Notes under the pieces: generated by a model
Database searches by the model: none
What the model saw: only the letters and a program-made list of their open reading frames with translations
Told to the model about the DNA's origin: nothing
Part shown: positions 9,694-19,054 of the stretch, piece by piece
Position numbering within the stretch: position 1 is the first letter of the stretch
Layout of the letters: every line of letters begins with the position of its first letter
Translations under genes and position numbers: made by a program
Origin: Candidatus Woesebacteria bacterium
GTDB lineage: Bacteria; Patescibacteriota; Microgenomatia; UBA8517
Direction of reading: 5' to 3'
Assembly: GCA_963716475.1 (NCBI GenBank)
Contig: OY970314.1
Coordinates: 354,981-418,980, forward strand
Length of the DNA: 64,000 nucleotides

Positions 9694-10329
9694 CTACTCC
9701 ATTTCGGACATGAATTCATTAACACCCTGTGCCCATGAGCCATTACTTAAAGGCGTATATTTGTTCATTATGTCATCAATGGTTGCGTAACCTTTATTGA
9801 GATAATTTTCTCTAAGTCCTTTAGAAACCTTCTCAATCCCCTCCTGAAATGAAGAAAATCCTACGGATCCCTGACCCGTAATTCCCCAGCCCCAACAGTT
9901 ATAAGACTCGGGGGGGATGATCTTACATACATTTGATTCCTGCCTGGCAATGGCGGTAATCAAACGAAAATCCAGAGAATACTTATCCGCGGTTTGGACA
10001 ATTAATCCTGAATATGGTGCAAGGGGTGAACCAAGACTTTCCATATATTGCCGAAGTATTTCAGGCCTGGCATCACCTGATGTTATTTCCTCCGAAACCG
10101 ACGGGGATTTCATGGGCAAAGATGCATAGACCTTTACACCCGACTGTGGAGAGGAGATTAGATTGGATAAAGATAAGTCTTGCTTGGCGGAAACACTGGA
10201 TTTAAGTGAGAATAGAGAAAAAAGACTAATACCAAGGGTTAATGGAGTTATCACAAAAAAAGAAATAACCAAAATCAGATTTTTCCAAAAACCGATATTC
10301 TCTTCCCTACTAAACTGGACACTTTCCAT
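9694..10329 (-). CDS. Membrane-anchored lysozyme-like protein, paralog of 8963..9487
   Basis: SPL...DFRLITAIARQES...YNCWGWG...KYTP...W. Confidence 0.75.
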   Translation of the reverse strand: MESVQFSREENIGFWKNLILVISFFVITPLTLGISLFSLFSLKSSVSAKQDLSLSNLISSPQSGVKVYASLPMKSPSVSEEITSGDARPEILRQYMESLGSPLAPYSGLIVQTADKYSLDFRLITAIARQESNVCKIIPPESYNCWGWGITGQGSVGFSSFQEGIEKVSKGLRENYLNKGYATIDDIMNKYTPLSNGSWAQGVNEFMSEME

Positions 10330-10386
10330 TATTTGTCAGGATGCCACAAATGAGTGTTGTGTGTCAAGCATTTAAAGCTAAATATG

Positions 10387-10458
10387 AGCGGCGGACGGGA
10401 ATTGAACCCGCTACATTCTCCTTGGCAAGGAGACATTCTACCGATGAATTACCGCCGC
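10387..10458 (-). tRNA. tRNA-Gly(GCC)
   Basis: Anticodon arm TCTCC-TTGCCAA-GGAGA; acceptor GCGGCGG/CCGCCGC. Confidence 0.95.
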
Positions 10459-10515
10459 AAATCGAATTAATCTCACCGAAACAGGCCTAATGATACAACA
10501 AGTGAGGGTAAAACT

Positions 10516-11763
10516 CTAGGTTTTTATAAATATTTTCTTTGCAAATTGGTAGAACTTCACAATTTTTGACGGGTAAAAAATGGCAAAAGCAACCGGAATT
10601 AAAGCCATGAGAATTTTGGGATGATAACTTAGTTCAGGCATAATTAACATGTTTGTAACGGCAATTATTCCCAGTACTTCCTCCTTAGCAAACCTTTTTG
10701 CAAAAATAAATATTACAATTATTAAAAGAATCATGGGTGAATATGTATAGCGGAAACCGGAGGTTACTAAATTGGGATAAAAACCTGAAGGGAAAAAAAG
10801 ATATGCAAAAAAGCAAGGGTAAGCAATAAGCAGAAGCTTGGTAATATCATTACGAAGGTTTTTATTTAAACGTTTAAGTGTTAGGGAAAAAATAATAGGT
10901 ACAGCTAAAAATGCCAAGCACCAAACGGTATATTCAGATACAAACGCGTTTATCCAAACTTTATAACCTCCTGACCAAACAATTATCGAACGCCAGACAG
11001 GAAAAATTGTCCAGTCATTTTGATAACCTTTTAAGTGAAGAAATAATGAATTGGTTGGGTAATATGGATTTCCCGTTAATATGTAATTTCTGACATACCA
11101 GGAAAGTCCGAGAATTGAAAACGGAATTAAGAAAACGATTAGCCTTCGTAAATTTAGACTTTTTAAAACAGGCTTTCCTAAAACAACCAGAAGAAATACT
11201 GAAAAAATCGGGGCAGAGTATTTACTACCGAAAAACATGCCCATTGCCACGCCCAGAGATAAAAAGTATCGCCAGGTTTTTTTAGGATTTCGTAAAAGAA
11301 TTAGAGTTATTACGAAAAAACAGGCAAGCCAAACATCAATTGTCTGTGAAAGAAGCCAGCGTATTATGACGTGTAAAGAGGCGATCGTGGATGAAAAGAT
11401 AGTCGAATAATCGTTAGAAAAACCGTAAGTTTTAGCAAGATGTCTGACTACAAAGAACAAAAGGATTATTCCTACCCAGTCAAAGAGATTTATTGGGATA
11501 TGCAGCATAGTAAAGATAGCCAGAATCATTTCGGACGTGCCAGGACTGTATATAGTTCCCCTATCGATCAGTGGTGAGAAAGGAGCAAGTGCCGGATTAT
11601 AGATTTTCCCAGCTAGTATTAATTGTGAAATTGGAATATGGTATGCGACGCTGTCACCTTCCAAAACTTTACTAGTGGCTCCTTGTACAAAGTAATATAA
11701 AAGAAGAAAAGCAAATATCACAAGGGATATTTTGGAAAGATAAGAGAGAAGATCATTTTTCAT
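10516..11763 (-). CDS. Polytopic membrane glycosyltransferase-like protein (GT-C)
   Basis: Many TM helices; DSVAYH, GSKYS, WYVRNYILTGNP. Confidence 0.75.
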   Translation of the reverse strand: MKNDLLSYLSKISLVIFAFLLLYYFVQGATSKVLEGDSVAYHIPISQLILAGKIYNPALAPFSPLIDRGTIYSPGTSEMILAIFTMLHIPINLFDWVGIILLFFVVRHLAKTYGFSNDYSTIFSSTIASLHVIIRWLLSQTIDVWLACFFVITLILLRNPKKTWRYFLSLGVAMGMFFGSKYSAPIFSVFLLVVLGKPVLKSLNLRRLIVFLIPFSILGLSWYVRNYILTGNPYYPTNSLFLHLKGYQNDWTIFPVWRSIIVWSGGYKVWINAFVSEYTVWCLAFLAVPIIFSLTLKRLNKNLRNDITKLLLIAYPCFFAYLFFPSGFYPNLVTSGFRYTYSPMILLIIVIFIFAKRFAKEEVLGIIAVTNMLIMPELSYHPKILMALIPVAFAIFYPSKIVKFYQFAKKIFIKT

Positions 11764-11897
11764 ATACTTGTGCCGAGAACAGTGCTCCACTTGAACATCC
11801 TAGACAGTTTCAAGGATACAGCAAACGAAATTGAAACTCTATATTCATAATTTGATGGCTAAATAGACATTTCAGCCCGAAAAATATATATTAAGTT

Positions 11898-12335
11898 ATG
11901 AGGGGTAACACCAAGGGTTTTACTCAAATTATTCTTATCATTGTTCTATTGATTATGGTTGGAGGAGCCGCCTATTATTACGGCTCTCAATCTTTAAGGA
12001 TTCCTTCACAGGCAACTTCTACTCTAACAGCAATACCTAATAATATTAATTGCAATACTGACGAAGAATATTTTGTAGACCATCGAAATGGACAGGGTGG
12101 TTGTGTTAAAAAGCCAAGCGATGCTGGCAAGTCTTGTACGAAAAGTTCTGCATGTCAATCGGGATATTGTGTAACAAAGGAGATTAAGGCAACGAAAGGT
12201 ATATGTTACGATTCTTACTATAACATTCCATGCTCTGACTGTTATTGGACAATAGAAAGTTCACAAAAAGCGGAGGTCCGAAAACAAATATCTGGTGGCG
12301 GAGAATCTACTTTTTCCCCTTGTTGTACCTACTAA
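11898..12335 (+). CDS. Cys-rich exported protein with a pilin-like N-terminus
   Basis: KGFTQ plus hydrophobic helix, followed by many Cys. Confidence 0.7.
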   Translation: MRGNTKGFTQIILIIVLLIMVGGAAYYYGSQSLRIPSQATSTLTAIPNNINCNTDEEYFVDHRNGQGGCVKKPSDAGKSCTKSSACQSGYCVTKEIKATKGICYDSYYNIPCSDCYWTIESSQKAEVRKQISGGGESTFSPCCTY

Positions 12336-12367
12336 AAGTTAAAAGCAGACTAGAATAACCATAAATG

Positions 12368-12440
12368 TGCCGAGAGGCTGAGTCGAACAGCCATTTGACG
12401 CTCTTCAGGCGCCCGCCTTGACCACCTTGGCTATCTCGGC
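12368..12440 (-). tRNA. tRNA-Phe(GAA)
   Basis: Anticodon arm GGCGC-CTGAAGA-GCGTC; acceptor GCCGAGA/TCTCGGC. Confidence 0.9.
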
Positions 12441-12460
12441 ATAAACTAAGCGATTGCTAA

Positions 12461-12512
12461 GACAAGATACACTTACCAGGGCTCTGGCTGGCCAAGCTTC
12501 GCTTATCTCGGC
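12461..12512 (-). repeat. GCGAAGC-family repeat copy upstream of tRNA-Phe
   Basis: 12461-12508 is 41/48 identical (no gaps) to 55942-55989; contains TAAGCGAAGCTTGGCCA. Confidence 0.85.
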
Positions 12513-12658
12513 CAAAAACCTTTTAATAATAAATATGCAATTCCAAGTAATAATAAACCGCCAAAAATCTTTAAAAGAAAGATAAATTCAGGAAAATCCA
12601 AAAAGAAACCGATTATTTTCCTCCAAATTATAGCTACCCAATAGTCATCTTTTCCCAT
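12503..12658 (-). CDS. 51-aa membrane protein inside the tRNA cluster (absent from the ORF track)
   Basis: MGKDDYWVAIIWRKIIGFFLDFPEFIFLLKIFGGLLLLGIAYLLLKGFWPR*. Confidence 0.55.
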   Translation of the reverse strand: MGKDDYWVAIIWRKIIGFFLDFPEFIFLLKIFGGLLLLGIAYLLLKGFWPR

Positions 12659-12665
12659 ATTCCGG

Positions 12666-12739
12666 TGGACACTGAGGGGCTCGAACCCCCGACCTCATCG
12701 ATGTAAACGATGCGCTCTAGCCAGCTGAGCTAAGTGTCC
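12666..12739 (-). tRNA. tRNA-Val(TAC)
   Basis: Anticodon arm CATCG-TTTACAT-CGATG. Confidence 0.95.
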
Positions 12740-12744
12740 CTAAG

Positions 12745-12825
12745 TGCACCCGGAGAGACTCGAACTCTCACGCCTTTCGGCGTAGCTCCTCAAGCTACCG
12801 CGTATGCCAGTTCCGCCACGGGTGC
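12745..12825 (-). tRNA. tRNA-Leu(GAG)
   Basis: Anticodon arm GTAGC-TTGAGGA-GCTAC; variable arm GCC-GAAA-GGC. Confidence 0.95.
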
Positions 12826-12871
12826 GTATCATAACAAACTGCACTAACCGCAAAAGTTTAGCTTCGACGAG

Positions 12872-12953
12872 TGCAGGTGGGAGGATTTGAACCTCCACGG
12901 GTTGCCCCACACGGCCCTGAACCGTGCGCGTCTGCCAATTCCGCCACATCTGC
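12872..12953 (-). tRNA. tRNA-Leu(CAG)
   Basis: Anticodon arm CACGG-TTCAGGG-CCGTG; long variable arm. Confidence 0.95.
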
Positions 12954-12969
12954 AATTATATCGTATTTG

Positions 12970-13041
12970 TGACCCTGGGAAGAATCGAACTTCCATCTCG
13001 TTCTTAGAAGGAACTTGCTCTATCCGTTGAGCTACAGGGCC
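12970..13041 (-). tRNA. tRNA-Arg(TCT)
   Basis: Anticodon arm GTTC-CTTCTAA-GAAC; TTCGATT. Confidence 0.92.
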
Positions 13042-13051
13042 AAATACATAC

Positions 13052-13097
13052 GTATTTTACCATTCATTGGATGAATGGCCAAGCTTCGCTTACTATT
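13052..13097 (-). repeat. GCGAAGC-family repeat copy and probable tRNA-cluster promoter
   Basis: TAAGCGAAGC-TTGGCC-attcatccaatgaatgg-TAAAAT on the minus strand. Confidence 0.8.
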
Positions 13098-13134
13098 TGC
13101 ACAGCTAAACGGCTAGGATCTTCTTACATTTAAA

Positions 13135-13482
13135 CTAGATGATTTGTGAGGCTTTGATGAAGACTTTATTTGAACGGAGTTCGTTAAATGTTTTGCAAGG
13201 CTCCACGATTCTTGGATCGGTAATTTTGTAAAAGACGTTTTTACCCTGCCTTCTTGTAGTAACAAGCCCAACATACCTCAGATAAGCTAAATGTTGTGAG
13301 GTGTTGGATTTTCTGGTACCTAACATTTTCGAAAGCTCATTGACCGTGGCTTCCCTATCAACGATACAGTTTAATATCTCGAGACGCTTCGCATTTGCCA
13401 TAACTTTATAAAGCTCGGCATTTTTTCTATAAACTTCCTTACTGAATGGTGATTTTAGTGTAGTATTTTTCTTGTCTGCCAT
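13135..13482 (-). CDS. ArsR/SmtB family transcriptional regulator
   Basis: RLEIL...TVNELSKML...SNTSQHLAYLR..GLV..RRQG..VFY. Confidence 0.92.
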   Translation of the reverse strand: MADKKNTTLKSPFSKEVYRKNAELYKVMANAKRLEILNCIVDREATVNELSKMLGTRKSNTSQHLAYLRYVGLVTTRRQGKNVFYKITDPRIVEPCKTFNELRSNKVFIKASQII

Positions 13483-13550
13483 TTTCTTAAAGCTTAATTA
13501 TATACATCATTTCAAGTACGTCAAATTAATTGATACAATGAGTACTTGGA

Positions 13551-14951
13551 ATGAAAAGAATTTTAACAGTTATATTCACAGTTGTGATTCTTTTTAACAT
13601 ACATTCCTGTGTTTTTGCTGAGAATATTCCTCAATCTGTCCCAAATAATAAATTCGGAATACATATAACGGATGAGAAAGATCTTCCCGACGCAGTTAAC
13701 CTAATTAACTCTTCCGGGGGCGATTGGGGTTATGTAACGTTTGTTATAACGGAATCCGCAAGAGATCACGACAGATGGCAGCAGGTTTTTGATCAGATGA
13801 GGAGACTTCACGTAATTCCGATCGTAAGAATTGCCACAAAAGCCGACGGAGACACGTGGGAAGCGCCAAATGATGCGGAAATAAATAACTGGATCGCTTT
13901 CTTAAATTCCTTAAATTGGGTAATCGAAAACCGCTATGTCGTGATTGCAAATGAACCAAACCATTCCTCCGAATGGGGAGGCACAATTGACCCGGCGGGT
14001 TATGCAAGTTATTTAAATAAATTTGCCTTAAAACTACATGAGGCATCCCCCGACTTTTTTGTTCTTCCGGCAGGACTTGATGCCTCTGCAAAAAACACCA
14101 CATCAACAATGGACGAAGTGACCTTTCTTAAAAAGATGCTTACCGCCGAGCCAAATCTTTTTGACAGTCTTGACGGCTGGGTATCACATTCTTACCCAAA
14201 TCCCGGTTTTTCGGGAAAGGATACTGATACCGGTCGGGGTACAATCGGCACGTTTGATTGGGAATTAAGTTATATAAAAACTTTAGGAATAACCAAGGAG
14301 TTACCCGTTTTTATAACTGAAACCGGATGGTCAAACCAGACTGTCGATCCTTCCAAAATTTCCGACATGTACGATTATGCTTTCAAAAATGTTTGGAATG
14401 ACCAACGGGTTATCGCCGTCACTCCGTTTATATTAAACTACCCAAATGCTCCTTTCGCTGAATTCTCCTGGAAGAAAAGCGACGGTACTTATTACCCTTA
14501 CTACTCCGGTATACAAAGGATCCCGAAAGTAGCAGGGTCACCAATCCAAGTAATTAGCGGTCAAATTCTTGGAGCCGTTGCCCAACCGCTAATTATTACC
14601 GGCAGCGACTTTTTTGGTGCTATATTAGCCAGAAACACAGGCCAATCCATTTGGAGTACTAAAAATGTTCTGGTTACTGCTGACACGAAAGATGTTTTAA
14701 TTAAAAGTTATTCATTCCCAAGCGTTGAACCAACAAGACTTGGTTTAATCATTTTTAAAGCTGAATTACCCGATAATACGGGAATATTTAGCCGATCTTT
14801 GTTTTTGAGTGACAACAATGGCAAAAGAATTACTAACAGTTTTCCGATTGAGGGGCTCCTGACAAAAATAGACAGAATGCAAGTTATCTCAATTTTTGCT
14901 AAAATAGGCTCGTACTTGTCCAGTGCTCTTTCACTTCCGAAATTCCGATAG
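13551..14951 (+). CDS. Secreted glycoside hydrolase (GH-A TIM barrel)
   Basis: Signal peptide; NEPN acid/base, HSYP, VFITETGW nucleophile. Confidence 0.8.
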   Translation: MKRILTVIFTVVILFNIHSCVFAENIPQSVPNNKFGIHITDEKDLPDAVNLINSSGGDWGYVTFVITESARDHDRWQQVFDQMRRLHVIPIVRIATKADGDTWEAPNDAEINNWIAFLNSLNWVIENRYVVIANEPNHSSEWGGTIDPAGYASYLNKFALKLHEASPDFFVLPAGLDASAKNTTSTMDEVTFLKKMLTAEPNLFDSLDGWVSHSYPNPGFSGKDTDTGRGTIGTFDWELSYIKTLGITKELPVFITETGWSNQTVDPSKISDMYDYAFKNVWNDQRVIAVTPFILNYPNAPFAEFSWKKSDGTYYPYYSGIQRIPKVAGSPIQVISGQILGAVAQPLIITGSDFFGAILARNTGQSIWSTKNVLVTADTKDVLIKSYSFPSVEPTRLGLIIFKAELPDNTGIFSRSLFLSDNNGKRITNSFPIEGLLTKIDRMQVISIFAKIGSYLSSALSLPKFR

Positions 14952-15086
14952 GAATTCTGAGAAGAGAAATGACAAAACGGAATAGTTTAAGCGTAAGCAA
15001 AAAACTTGAAAATGATGACCGTTTCGACGAAGGCCCATATGAACCTGCTAAAGCAGAACCATATGACTCCAGGTTGTAAGCAATCT

Positions 15087-15158
15087 GGGCCCATAGCTCA
15101 ATGGTAGAGCAGTACCCTCTTAAGGTAACGGTTGAAGGTTCGAATCCTTCTGGGCTCA
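15087..15158 (+). tRNA. tRNA-Lys(CTT)
   Basis: Anticodon arm TACC-CTCTTAA-GGTA; GAAGG-TTCGAAT-CCTTC. Confidence 0.93.
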
Positions 15159-15219
15159 CCCACTTCGTTCGTTTTCCCATCGGCTTCGATAGTGCCTATT
15201 TGTTAAAGAGTTTTGCACA

Positions 15220-15238
15220 CGAATCCTTCTGGGCTCAC
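15220..15238 (+). repeat. 19-bp duplicate of the tRNA-Lys 3' end
   Basis: CGAATCCTTCTGGGCTCAC identical to 15141-15159. Confidence 0.9.
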
Positions 15239-15239
15239 A

Positions 15240-16091
15240 CTATTTACTCCATCTTGCCCATATTCCGGTTGAAAGAAGTCTTCCTGCAAATTTTTCCTTT
15301 AAAGTTAATTCACCATTTTCGATATGTCCCCCAAAATTCCCTAAATAATCATTCAGGGTATTGGCAAGCGTTATAGAAGAAGAAGAAATTGCGTACGCAT
15401 TTACCAAAACAAATAGGGGACTGTCTGATAAAATTCGTTTGCAGTTTGCCAGTAACTTTGGAAAATCCCGATTAAAATCCCAGACTTCACCGTTTGGACC
15501 GTGTCCGTATATCGGCGGGTCCATAATTATTGCGTCATATTTGACTCCCCTTTTGATCTCACGTCCGCTAAAAGTTACGGCATCATCAATTATCCAGCGT
15601 ATAGGAAGGGCATCCATACCATTTAGGTTTCTATTCTCGTTAGCCCAGGTTATGGCGGGTCTTGAAGAATCAAGATGTGTAACTTTTGCTCCGGCTTTTG
15701 CCGCAAAGAGTGAAGCAATTCCCGTATAGGCAAAGAGGTTAAGTAAATTAATTGGTCGGTCGGATGACTGCACGTTTTGATAAACATAGTCCCATTGTGT
15801 GGATTGTTCGGGGAAGACTCCTGTATGTTTGAAGGGTGAAAGTTTTGCCCAGAATTTGACTCCATTATACTCAAGTTCCCATTTTTCAGGAATATTACTT
15901 TTTATATTCCATCTGCCTTTATCTTCACTGGTTCTTTCAAAAAGGGCATCAGCTTTTTGCCACTCCCCTACCGATAATGTTTTTTTCCATATTATCTGAG
16001 GATCAGGTCTGTCAAGAAGATATTTTCCGAATCTCTCCAAACGCCTACCCTCACCACTGTCAAGCAAATCATAATCATTCATAGTGTTCAC
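15240..16091 (-). CDS. Class I SAM-dependent methyltransferase (RlmI/RlmK-like)
   Basis: LNLFAYTG, IIMDPP motifs. Confidence 0.9.
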   Translation of the reverse strand: MNTMNDYDLLDSGEGRRLERFGKYLLDRPDPQIIWKKTLSVGEWQKADALFERTSEDKGRWNIKSNIPEKWELEYNGVKFWAKLSPFKHTGVFPEQSTQWDYVYQNVQSSDRPINLLNLFAYTGIASLFAAKAGAKVTHLDSSRPAITWANENRNLNGMDALPIRWIIDDAVTFSGREIKRGVKYDAIIMDPPIYGHGPNGEVWDFNRDFPKLLANCKRILSDSPLFVLVNAYAISSSSITLANTLNDYLGNFGGHIENGELTLKEKFAGRLLSTGIWARWSK

Positions 16092-16094
16092 GCT

Positions 16095-17177
16095 CTAAGC
16101 GATAAATCTGATTTTCATATTATCCAAAACTTCTGTAGAAAATGAAACTTCCTGTCCGGGGAACTTGGCCCCCGGTCCCCAAATTTTAATAAGTTTTTTA
16201 TCGGCAGCAAAACCCGTTCCGATCTTCAAAGCTACATCTTTCAAAGTTTCGCCCTCTTTCATTATAATCGGACTGCCTGCTTTAGGATCTTCATCAGGTT
16301 TTACCAAGTAAACAGTAATAAACTTCAGGGCTTTCCAGATCTCAACTATAAGCTCGCTTACCCCCTCGCCTTTCTCAGCGCAGATACCAACATATTCGCC
16401 GTCTATCATATTTCGGTAATTCGGCTCCATATCCACTTTGTTAATTACAAAAATAGTAGGAACATAAACCCGATTATCCGAAAAAGCATCAAAAAGTCGT
16501 TCATAACCGACCTTTTCTTTAAGAGTAATATTGCCACTTTTAATGCCGTATTCACGGGCTATTTCTTTTATAGTTTCTTTATCTATGGCCTGCTTTATAT
16601 TAGAAAATATTTCCAAACCACCCTCAGACATTTTGTCAATAATTACTCTTGGCTTTTCCTGATTTATACGTATGCCGGATCCTTCTAGCTCTGCAACCAT
16701 TTTCCCCATAAGGTCTACCCTTTGAACATCCGTCATTACAATCAGTAAATCAGCGCTCCTGGCAACTGAAAGAACCTCTCTGCCCTTACCTTTTCCTTCT
16801 TTGGCTCCCTCGATAAGACCCGGTATGTCCAATATTTGAATATAGGCCTCTTTGTATTTGAGCATACCCGGAACAACTGTAACAGTAGTAAAGGCATAGG
16901 GAGCCACCTTGCTTTCAGCGTTGGTCAGACGGTTAATCAAAGTAGATTTGCCCGATGAAGGAGGGCCTACCAAAACTACCGTAGCATCTCCTTGTTTTTT
17001 AACGGAAAAGGAGGGGCCGCCACCGCCTGCGGATTTTCCTGACATATCAATTTCCTTATCTCTTAGCCTGGCAATCTTTGCTCTCATTGCGCCGATAAAC
17101 CCGTTTGTAGCTTTATGATGAGGAGTTTTTCTCAAAACTTCCTCTATTTGTTTGATTTGTTCGTCAATGGTTAGCAT
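16095..17177 (-). CDS. DRG/Rbg-type OBG-family GTPase with TGS domain
   Basis: KAT...IG.MRAKIARLR N-terminus, GPPSSGKS, YAFTT, DIPGLIEGA, NKVD. Start moved to ATG 17177 because the longer ORF overlaps tRNA-Arg. Confidence 0.9.
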   Translation of the reverse strand: MLTIDEQIKQIEEVLRKTPHHKATNGFIGAMRAKIARLRDKEIDMSGKSAGGGGPSFSVKKQGDATVVLVGPPSSGKSTLINRLTNAESKVAPYAFTTVTVVPGMLKYKEAYIQILDIPGLIEGAKEGKGKGREVLSVARSADLLIVMTDVQRVDLMGKMVAELEGSGIRINQEKPRVIIDKMSEGGLEIFSNIKQAIDKETIKEIAREYGIKSGNITLKEKVGYERLFDAFSDNRVYVPTIFVINKVDMEPNYRNMIDGEYVGICAEKGEGVSELIVEIWKALKFITVYLVKPDEDPKAGSPIIMKEGETLKDVALKIGTGFAADKKLIKIWGPGAKFPGQEVSFSTEVLDNMKIRFIA

Positions 17178-17181
17178 TTCA

Positions 17182-17195
17182 GGTATAATTATACC
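17182..17195. promoter_or_regulatory. Bidirectional -10 palindrome GGTATAATTATACC
   Basis: Perfect 14-bp palindrome with TATAAT on both strands, between the divergent GTPase and tRNA-Arg. Confidence 0.7.
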
Positions 17196-17204
17196 AGTAT
17201 TCGA

Positions 17205-17276
17205 GCGTCCATAGCTTAACGGATAAAGCAATAGTCTTCGGAACTATTGATGAGGGTTCGATTCCCCCTGGACGCA
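17205..17276 (+). tRNA. tRNA-Arg(TCG)
   Basis: Anticodon arm ATAGT-CTTCGGA-ACTAT; acceptor GCGTCCA/TGGACGC. Confidence 0.93.
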
Positions 17277-17330
17277 CAAATCTTTTTTCTCGACAAATTC
17301 CATCGCAGTTATGATATAAGTAGTTCCAGG

Positions 17331-19025
17331 GTGAAGTATATTATTGTTTCCGGTGGTGTTTTAAGCGGCCTTGGTAAAGGCATTACCGCCGCCTCTATCG
17401 GTCTTCTTCTTAGGTCACGCGGCGTTAAAGTTACACTGATGAAGTGTGACATGTACTTGAATATAGACGCGGGTACCATGAACCCGATGGAACACGGCGA
17501 GGTTTTCGTTACACATGACGGACTTGAAACAGACCAGGATTTGGGACATTACGAACGGTTTACAAACCTGACATTAAACTCAAGCAATTATGTCACAAAC
17601 GGTAAGATTTATAAATTAGTTTTGGATAAAGAAAGAGCATTGGAATACGGCGGTAACTGCGTAGAACCTTATCATCAAATTCCTCCTGAGATAATCAAAT
17701 TATGGCTCCAGGCGGGACAAACCAATAAAGCAGATGTTGTCATCATTGAACTTGGAGGGACCGTTGGTGAATATGAGGGGCTTCTCTTTTTTGAGGCTTT
17801 CAGAAGATTAAAATTGGAACATCCAAAAGACGTGTGTCTTGTACACGTCGGGTATCTTCCTGCGCCTACGTCGATTGGAGAACTCAAGAGTAAACCGATT
17901 CAGCAATCTATTATTGCCCTTAACTCTCTTGGGGTCATGCCTGATTTCGTAATCGGACGGGCATCAAAAGACGTTGACAACAAACGAAAAGAAAAGATAG
18001 CAATGATGTCAGGACTTCCAATAGAAAATATTATCAGTAATCCTGATTTACCATCTGTTTACTTGGTACCCGACAAATTGGAGGCAGAAAAATTACCCTC
18101 CAAAATTATTAAAAGGCTTAGTTTGAAAGCCAAAAGACTTGATTTAAACAGATGGCATACATTGATTAAGTCTGTCGAAAAGGCGACTAATCCGGTAAAA
18201 ATAGGCATAGTCGGGAAATATCAAAATACCGGTGATTATATCCTGGAAGATTCTTATGTATCGGTGGTTGAGGCTTTAAAACATGCCGGCTATACATTAG
18301 GGGTAAAACCGGTAATTTCGTGGGTAAATTCTCAAGGTTTAGAAACCAAAAATAATAAGGAAATCACGGAAATATTAGAAAGATTTGACGGTATTATTGT
18401 TCCGCAGGGATGGGGCAAACGAGGTGTAGAGGGAAAGTTAATTGCCGTAAAATTTGCCCGGGAAAACAATATCCCCTACTTAGGTCTTTGTTTTGGTATG
18501 CAGATGGCATCAATAGAATTTGCAAGAAATGTTTTGAGATTAAGAAACGCCAATACCACAGAAGCAGATCCAGACACGAAATATCCTGTTATACATATCA
18601 TGACTGACCAGCAAAAGTATTTAAAAATGTGTCAATATGGTGGAACCATAAGGCTAGGTGCCTGGCCTTGCATCATTAAGAAAGGGACCATATTAGAAAA
18701 TTCATATAAGAAATTCGGAAACGTTAGTGGTGCCGCATGGAATATCGCACGTTGCGAGAATGATAAAATCACCGGTTCCAAACACATGATTATTTATGAA
18801 AGACACAGGCACAGATACGAGTTTAATAATAGATTTAAGGAAGCTTTCGAGAAACATGGTTTTGTTATATCCGGTACTTCACCAGACGGAAAGCTCGTTG
18901 AAGCGATTGAATTGAAAAACCATAAATTTTTTGTAGGAACGCAGTTCCACCCCGAATATATAAGCCGACCTCTGACTCCGCATCCGCTCTTTATTTCTTT
19001 TTTAACTACCTGTTTGTCTAAGTAA
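17331..19025 (+). CDS. pyrG: CTP synthase
   Basis: KYIIVSGGVLSGLGKG, GLCFGMQ, QFHPE; GTG start at 17331. Confidence 0.97.
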   Translation: MKYIIVSGGVLSGLGKGITAASIGLLLRSRGVKVTLMKCDMYLNIDAGTMNPMEHGEVFVTHDGLETDQDLGHYERFTNLTLNSSNYVTNGKIYKLVLDKERALEYGGNCVEPYHQIPPEIIKLWLQAGQTNKADVVIIELGGTVGEYEGLLFFEAFRRLKLEHPKDVCLVHVGYLPAPTSIGELKSKPIQQSIIALNSLGVMPDFVIGRASKDVDNKRKEKIAMMSGLPIENIISNPDLPSVYLVPDKLEAEKLPSKIIKRLSLKAKRLDLNRWHTLIKSVEKATNPVKIGIVGKYQNTGDYILEDSYVSVVEALKHAGYTLGVKPVISWVNSQGLETKNNKEITEILERFDGIIVPQGWGKRGVEGKLIAVKFARENNIPYLGLCFGMQMASIEFARNVLRLRNANTTEADPDTKYPVIHIMTDQQKYLKMCQYGGTIRLGAWPCIIKKGTILENSYKKFGNVSGAAWNIARCENDKITGSKHMIIYERHRHRYEFNNRFKEAFEKHGFVISGTSPDGKLVEAIELKNHKFFVGTQFHPEYISRPLTPHPLFISFLTTCLSK

Positions 19026-19054
19026 CCAATTTATCTGTATAATTGTGACTACGA

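Noticed and set aside
2571-10510. AGTGAG at 2571 and 10501 as extra cassette repeats
   Set aside because: Only 6 bases match, outside the element; consistent with chance.
13385-13392. GCTTCGC inside arsR
   Set aside because: Coding context with no flanking consensus or duplication.
14969-15079. 36-aa ORF before tRNA-Lys
   Set aside because: No motif or other support; left uncalled.
17178-17330. N-terminal extensions of the GTPase (to 17231) and pyrG (from 17247)
   Set aside because: Both overlap tRNA-Arg(TCG); family homology begins at 17177 and 17331.
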